Of a stretch of 64,000 nt of DNA, positions 60,187 to 64,000 are shown piece after piece (the stretch's first letter is position 1; every line of letters begins with the position of its first letter). A program made the position numbers and the translations under genes. The notes beneath the pieces were generated by a model. The model worked only from the letters and a program-made list of their open reading frames with translations. It did not search any database and was not told the origin of the DNA. The DNA comes from Candidatus Pelearchaeum maunauluense (GTDB lineage Archaea > Thermoproteota > Nitrososphaeria_A > Caldarchaeales > Caldarchaeaceae), in NCBI GenBank assembly GCA_030059675.1, contig JANVYQ010000002.1:160001-224000 (forward strand). Reading direction: 5' to 3'.

Positions 60187-61002
60187 TTGAGCTGCCCCGA
60201 ATGCGGAAGCAGTGACATAAGGCTGGACGAGGAGTCGGGAGACCTCTTCTGCGCAGCCTGCGGGTATATAGTTGAGCAACGCGTAGCAACGCTAAAGCCA
60301 GATTCCAGAGAGCTCCTGGGGGCTGGAGCGCGGGTAGGCCCACCTCTCACAAGCCGCCTCCATGACCAGGGGCTTGGCTCCTTCATCCCGCAAAGAAATG
60401 AGCGACTAGCTAAGCTTCAGACGGTAGTGGCTACAGATAGCCATGTGGAGCGGCTCATGACGCGACTCTTAGGGGAGCTTCACTGGTTGGCGAGCAGGCT
60501 TAAGGCTTCTGAAGATGTGGTTGAAATAGCCGCAAAATACTGTAGGCAGGCGATAGTTAAGCGCGTTGTGATTCGATGCTCGCGGGCAGCCGCTGCTGCC
60601 CTAATCTACATAGCCCTACGCGAGACTGGAATGATAAGACCGCTGCAAGAAGTAGCTTTAGCAGCCAACGCGCCGCTCAGGATGGTCTTCCGCAGCTATC
60701 GTAAGCTTGTGCTGGAGTTGGGTCTAAAACCACGGCAAGAGGAGATACCTTACATTGTTTCCCTCCTGCTGAAGCGGCTGGAGCTTCCACACATTCTTGA
60801 AGAGCGGGCCATTGAGATTGTGGAGCTGCTAAAGAAACGCGGCCTAGTGCAGGGAAGGAAGCCGCAGGCCATTTCCGCCGCAGCCGTATACATGGCTGCG
60901 CGAGGTTCGGAGCATCGCGTCCCCCTAGCTAGGGTAGCGGCGGTAGCTGGGATAAGCGAGCCGACGCTAAGAAGCATAATAAAAGTCCTCAGAAGCTCAT
61001 AA
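60187..61002 (+). CDS. tfb: Transcription initiation factor TFB family (divergent paralog)
   Basis: CPECG...C..CG Zn ribbon, LHDQGL, GRKP..I.AA.VY and VAGISEPT. Confidence 0.85.
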   Translation: MSCPECGSSDIRLDEESGDLFCAACGYIVEQRVATLKPDSRELLGAGARVGPPLTSRLHDQGLGSFIPQRNERLAKLQTVVATDSHVERLMTRLLGELHWLASRLKASEDVVEIAAKYCRQAIVKRVVIRCSRAAAAALIYIALRETGMIRPLQEVALAANAPLRMVFRSYRKLVLELGLKPRQEEIPYIVSLLLKRLELPHILEERAIEIVELLKKRGLVQGRKPQAISAAAVYMAARGSEHRVPLARVAAVAGISEPTLRSIIKVLRSS

Positions 61003-62250
61003 GCCCAGCCGCGAAGGAGAGAGAAGCTCAGCATACTTATTTTCCCTACCCATCACAAGGTCTGCAATAACTGCGCCTGTGATGGCAGCCAGGGTAAGAC
61101 CAAGCCTACAATGCCCAACAGCCACGTAGAGATTTTCAAAACCTTTTAGACGGCCCACTAATGGTATCGCGTCAGGACTACACGGCCTAGCCCCATACCA
61201 CCTCTCAATAACCTCCAACTCCCCAAACTGAGCGATGTACTTTGCCGCGTTTCTCCTGAGATACTCAAACCTGCTCTCACGGGGTTTTATATCCATGTAA
61301 GATAGCTCAAAGAACCCCGTAGACCTGAGATTACCCTCTTCCGTCTGTGTTGCCGTAATATGATAATCTCCCAACACTAATGGTCTTTTTATACGCTTGT
61401 TTGTTGGTGCCAGCTTTATCGCGTAGCCATAGCCCGCCGCTATAGGGAGTTTAATATCCAACGAGGCCAGTAGAGCGGGGGAATGCGCTCCACATGCTAC
61501 TATGAAGTTCTCAGACTTAACATACTCCTCCCCAACCTTGGCCGACACCACTCTTTCATTGGAATGTTCTAAGCGGGATACTTCCCCATCAATAATCTCT
61601 ATACCTTTCTCCCCTACTATTCGCCGCATCTCCATAACTACTTTGGCTGGATTAGCCCACGCATCTTCCTCAAATAAAACCCCTCCCCTAATGTTCCGTG
61701 ACAGTAGCGGTTCTTCCTCTATGCATTCTTCTCCCGAAAGTTCGCGTATTCTTGTTCCGAGAAGTTTAGCGTTTTCTCTGGCTTCCTCCAGCGTTTCGTC
61801 CAGCTTCTTTTTATCTTGGAAAACCTCCATAACTCCGCGCTGGTAGTATCCTACCTCTAGCTTCTCTTCCTTAACTACATGCTCAAACAGAGCTAGGCTA
61901 TCTCTAGCCATCTCTTTTAATGTCTTTGCGTGGCTTAGTATCGTCGTGTGCCTGCGTATGAAGCGGTAAAGCCAGCCGCCTGGTAGTGATTCGCGGAGGA
62001 GGAAGGGGGTGGAGAGCTTGATGGGCGACTCTCTACCCAACTTCCAGCGTAGTAGTTGGAGCAGGCTCTCAGCCTCCGCTGTTGGAGAACCATATCCTGG
62101 GCAGACGAAGCCAGCATTACCCCACGAGGCCGCTCTACGCGGATCACCACCAGCTATAAGCGCTACTTGAAGCCCCTCTCTACGAAGCATATAGGCTGAA
62201 AAGAGGCCTATAACGCCGCCTCCCAGCACGGCGGCCTCAAACCGCGACAT
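60997..62250 (-). CDS. FAD-dependent D-amino acid dehydrogenase (DAO family)
   Basis: LGGGVIG, ASWGNAG, W.G.RP.SPD and GH..LG.T. Confidence 0.88.
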   Translation of the reverse strand: MSRFEAAVLGGGVIGLFSAYMLRREGLQVALIAGGDPRRAASWGNAGFVCPGYGSPTAEAESLLQLLRWKLGRESPIKLSTPFLLRESLPGGWLYRFIRRHTTILSHAKTLKEMARDSLALFEHVVKEEKLEVGYYQRGVMEVFQDKKKLDETLEEARENAKLLGTRIRELSGEECIEEEPLLSRNIRGGVLFEEDAWANPAKVVMEMRRIVGEKGIEIIDGEVSRLEHSNERVVSAKVGEEYVKSENFIVACGAHSPALLASLDIKLPIAAGYGYAIKLAPTNKRIKRPLVLGDYHITATQTEEGNLRSTGFFELSYMDIKPRESRFEYLRRNAAKYIAQFGELEVIERWYGARPCSPDAIPLVGRLKGFENLYVAVGHCRLGLTLAAITGAVIADLVMGRENKYAELLSPSRLGL

Positions 62251-62418
62251 CGCATACCACGCGCGTGGACTCTATATTAAGGAGAGCGGTTAAATAGGGG
62301 AGCCTAGTAATCGGCCAAAACAACCAAGATACCTTTCGTGTAAAACTTTTAAACAAGCACACACTATACATGCATGGAAGCTAGCTAAACGAAAGTAGTT
62401 TGTGGTGATTGATAGACT

Positions 62419-62802
62419 TTGCCTGTCAAGATGACAAAGCTGGAGGAAAGAGCGATTAAGCTACTCATGAAGTATGAGGGAAAGGGGATACTGCAGTCCG
62501 AGCTATGGCATAAGCTGGGCGTAACGAGTCGCGAGGGCTCTAGGATAGGTATTAAGCTGGAGAAGAAGGGTGTGGTTAAGCGGGTACGGGAGTTTGCCAA
62601 CGATAGATGGACTAGGAGGCTTGTCCCACTCATCAAGCAGATAGACGTGCAGGTTCTTAACGGCGTTCCCTGCCCCTCATGCATATACGATGGGGTATGC
62701 GGCCCCAACGGCGAGAAGTATTATGCTTCATGCCCGCTTATTGAGGAGTGGGTTTTAAAACACGCTGAGTGCAAAGAGAATGAGAACGATAGTAGGGAAT
62801 AA
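62419..62802 (+). CDS. TFE beta subunit (RPC34 homolog; winged helix + Fe-S cluster)
   Basis: GILQSELW..L...SR...LEKKG.V.R winged helix and PCxxC....C...C...W cluster motif; near tfb and trm1. Confidence 0.8.
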   Translation: MPVKMTKLEERAIKLLMKYEGKGILQSELWHKLGVTSREGSRIGIKLEKKGVVKRVREFANDRWTRRLVPLIKQIDVQVLNGVPCPSCIYDGVCGPNGEKYYASCPLIEEWVLKHAECKENENDSRE

Positions 62803-62808
62803 ATAGCC

Positions 62809-63426
62809 TTGTCTAAGGAACGTTGGCTCCAGGAGAGGAGGCAGGACTATTATTGGCGTAAGGCCAAGGAGCTAGGGCTGCCCTCGCGGGCTGCATTTAA
62901 GCTGAAGGAGATTCAGCGGAGATGGCGCGTGATTAGGTCTGGGGACTATATCCTAGATTTGGGAGCGGCGCCTGGTGGGATGACTGCGGTAGCCTCAAGG
63001 ATAGCTGGCGAGCAGGGGCTTGTTGTGGCGGTTGATAGGGATGAGGTGAAGATAGGTGAGGTGCAAAACGTTGTGGTTATACGTAAAGATGTCTTCTCAC
63101 CAAATCTAACCGGCTTACTCATGAGGGAAACGCGAGGCCGTCTTTTTGATACCATAATCTCAGACCTCTCACCACGCCATTCGGGGGATTACGAGCTTTT
63201 GGCGGTGCAGCAGCTTGATTTACTTCAACGTGTAGTAGAGATAGCTGAGGACTGTCTTAGGAGAAGAGGAAACCTAGTAGTGAAGGCGTTTGAGCATCCT
63301 ACGCTTAGGAGTGTTGAGCAGTGGATGCACGGTAGTTTTTGGAAGTTTGAACGTTTCGTCCCGCGGGCTTCCAAGAAGAGGAGTTCTGAGGTTTTCATGA
63401 TAGGCCTGGGATTTAAGCCGCGGTGA
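62809..63426 (+). CDS. rlmE: 23S rRNA Um2552 methyltransferase RlmE/FtsJ
   Basis: SRAAFKL, DLGAAPGG, SD.SP, K.F and S.E. Confidence 0.9.
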   Translation: MSKERWLQERRQDYYWRKAKELGLPSRAAFKLKEIQRRWRVIRSGDYILDLGAAPGGMTAVASRIAGEQGLVVAVDRDEVKIGEVQNVVVIRKDVFSPNLTGLLMRETRGRLFDTIISDLSPRHSGDYELLAVQQLDLLQRVVEIAEDCLRRRGNLVVKAFEHPTLRSVEQWMHGSFWKFERFVPRASKKRSSEVFMIGLGFKPR

Positions 63427-64000
63427 GCAGGTCTTTTAATACCTCTGGGCTGGCGTCCGTTCTTAATCCAGAAGGGTCTATATGAGTTAATGACGCCCTA
63501 TAACCCGATGAGCGTAGGAGCTCAACTATTTTTCGCGGCGACTTGGGGCTTATGCGCAACCACCTCGCAAGGGCTGACGCGCTATAGAAGCCCACAACCG
63601 CAGTGTCCTCCTCAGCTAGTTTACTCAGGAGCTTCTTAGCCTCCTCATACTCCGAGGAACGCTCAGCTGCTTGATGGACAAACTCCGCATCGCTGGTAGC
63701 TTCCCGCCAAAGGGGGCCTGCCAGGCCGCGGCGCTGTCCGCAGCACGGACACCTTCGTTGGGGAGGCTCGTCAAGCGGCACGCTCTCTATATACATACAT
63801 TGACGGCAATAGCTAACCCAGCCCAGCCTGCTTATCATGGCCCGTGCGCGCGACTTACCACGCTCAACAGCTACAAATACACGTATGAAATGCCGATGAT
63901 AGAATGAGATGAGCGGCCTTACTCCAAGTCCTAGACGCATGGCTGTCCTAGCCAAAAATCCGAAAAGTATGCGGATGGCTAAATCTTTGGAAAATTCACT
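63413..64000 (-). CDS. trm1: tRNA (guanine-N2) dimethyltransferase Trm1, C-terminal part (runs off the window)
   Basis: HFIRVF, CxxC...CxxC, GPLW and ASLTH..P.G.RTDA. Confidence 0.85.
   Translation of the reverse strand, partial: SEFSKDLAIRILFGFLARTAMRLGLGVRPLISFYHRHFIRVFVAVERGKSRARAMISRLGWVSYCRQCMYIESVPLDEPPQRRCPCCGQRRGLAGPLWREATSDAEFVHQAAERSSEYEEAKKLLSKLAEEDTAVVGFYSASALARWLRISPKSPRKIVELLRSSGYRASLTHIDPSGLRTDASPEVLKDLLTAA

Noticed and set aside
1-64000. CRISPR arrays, rRNA, tRNA genes and inteins
   Set aside because: None recognised by eye; MCM and RFC have normal lengths. Split or intron-containing tRNAs could have been missed.

Overview
Archaeal chromosome segment, most consistent with a TACK archaeon such as an Aigarchaeota/Thaumarchaeota relative. 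This is inferred from the gene set (TFE-beta, GINS23-MCM-Hel308, SMC-ScpAB, DnaK/DnaJ/GrpE) and GGTGA Shine-Dalgarno motifs. Most of the window is dense housekeeping content: Moco biosynthesis, uS4/uS11/eS8, SRP19, CCA/ThpR/Tmk, RNase Z, Trm11, RFC, chaperones and SMC. Three eroded patches interrupt it: a mosaic of gene fragments at ~13.1-17.5 kb, a decaying KaiC/GvpD-like ATPase plus small partner at ~30.3-32.0 kb, and an orc1/cdc6 pseudogene (34187-37500) split by a ~2.2 kb insert containing an IS110 remnant. Features absent from the ORF track include a C/D-box sRNA whose two guides fit tRNA-Leu, genes apparently starting at CTG/ATT (including SRP19), a frameshifted scpA and a ~300 bp nested inverted-repeat region beside an orphan small protein. 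Also notable are a degenerate ParB-domain operon and a MoaD/SAMP with a C-terminal extension. No rRNA, tRNA or CRISPR array was recognised. All calls are by eye from motifs; no searches were run.
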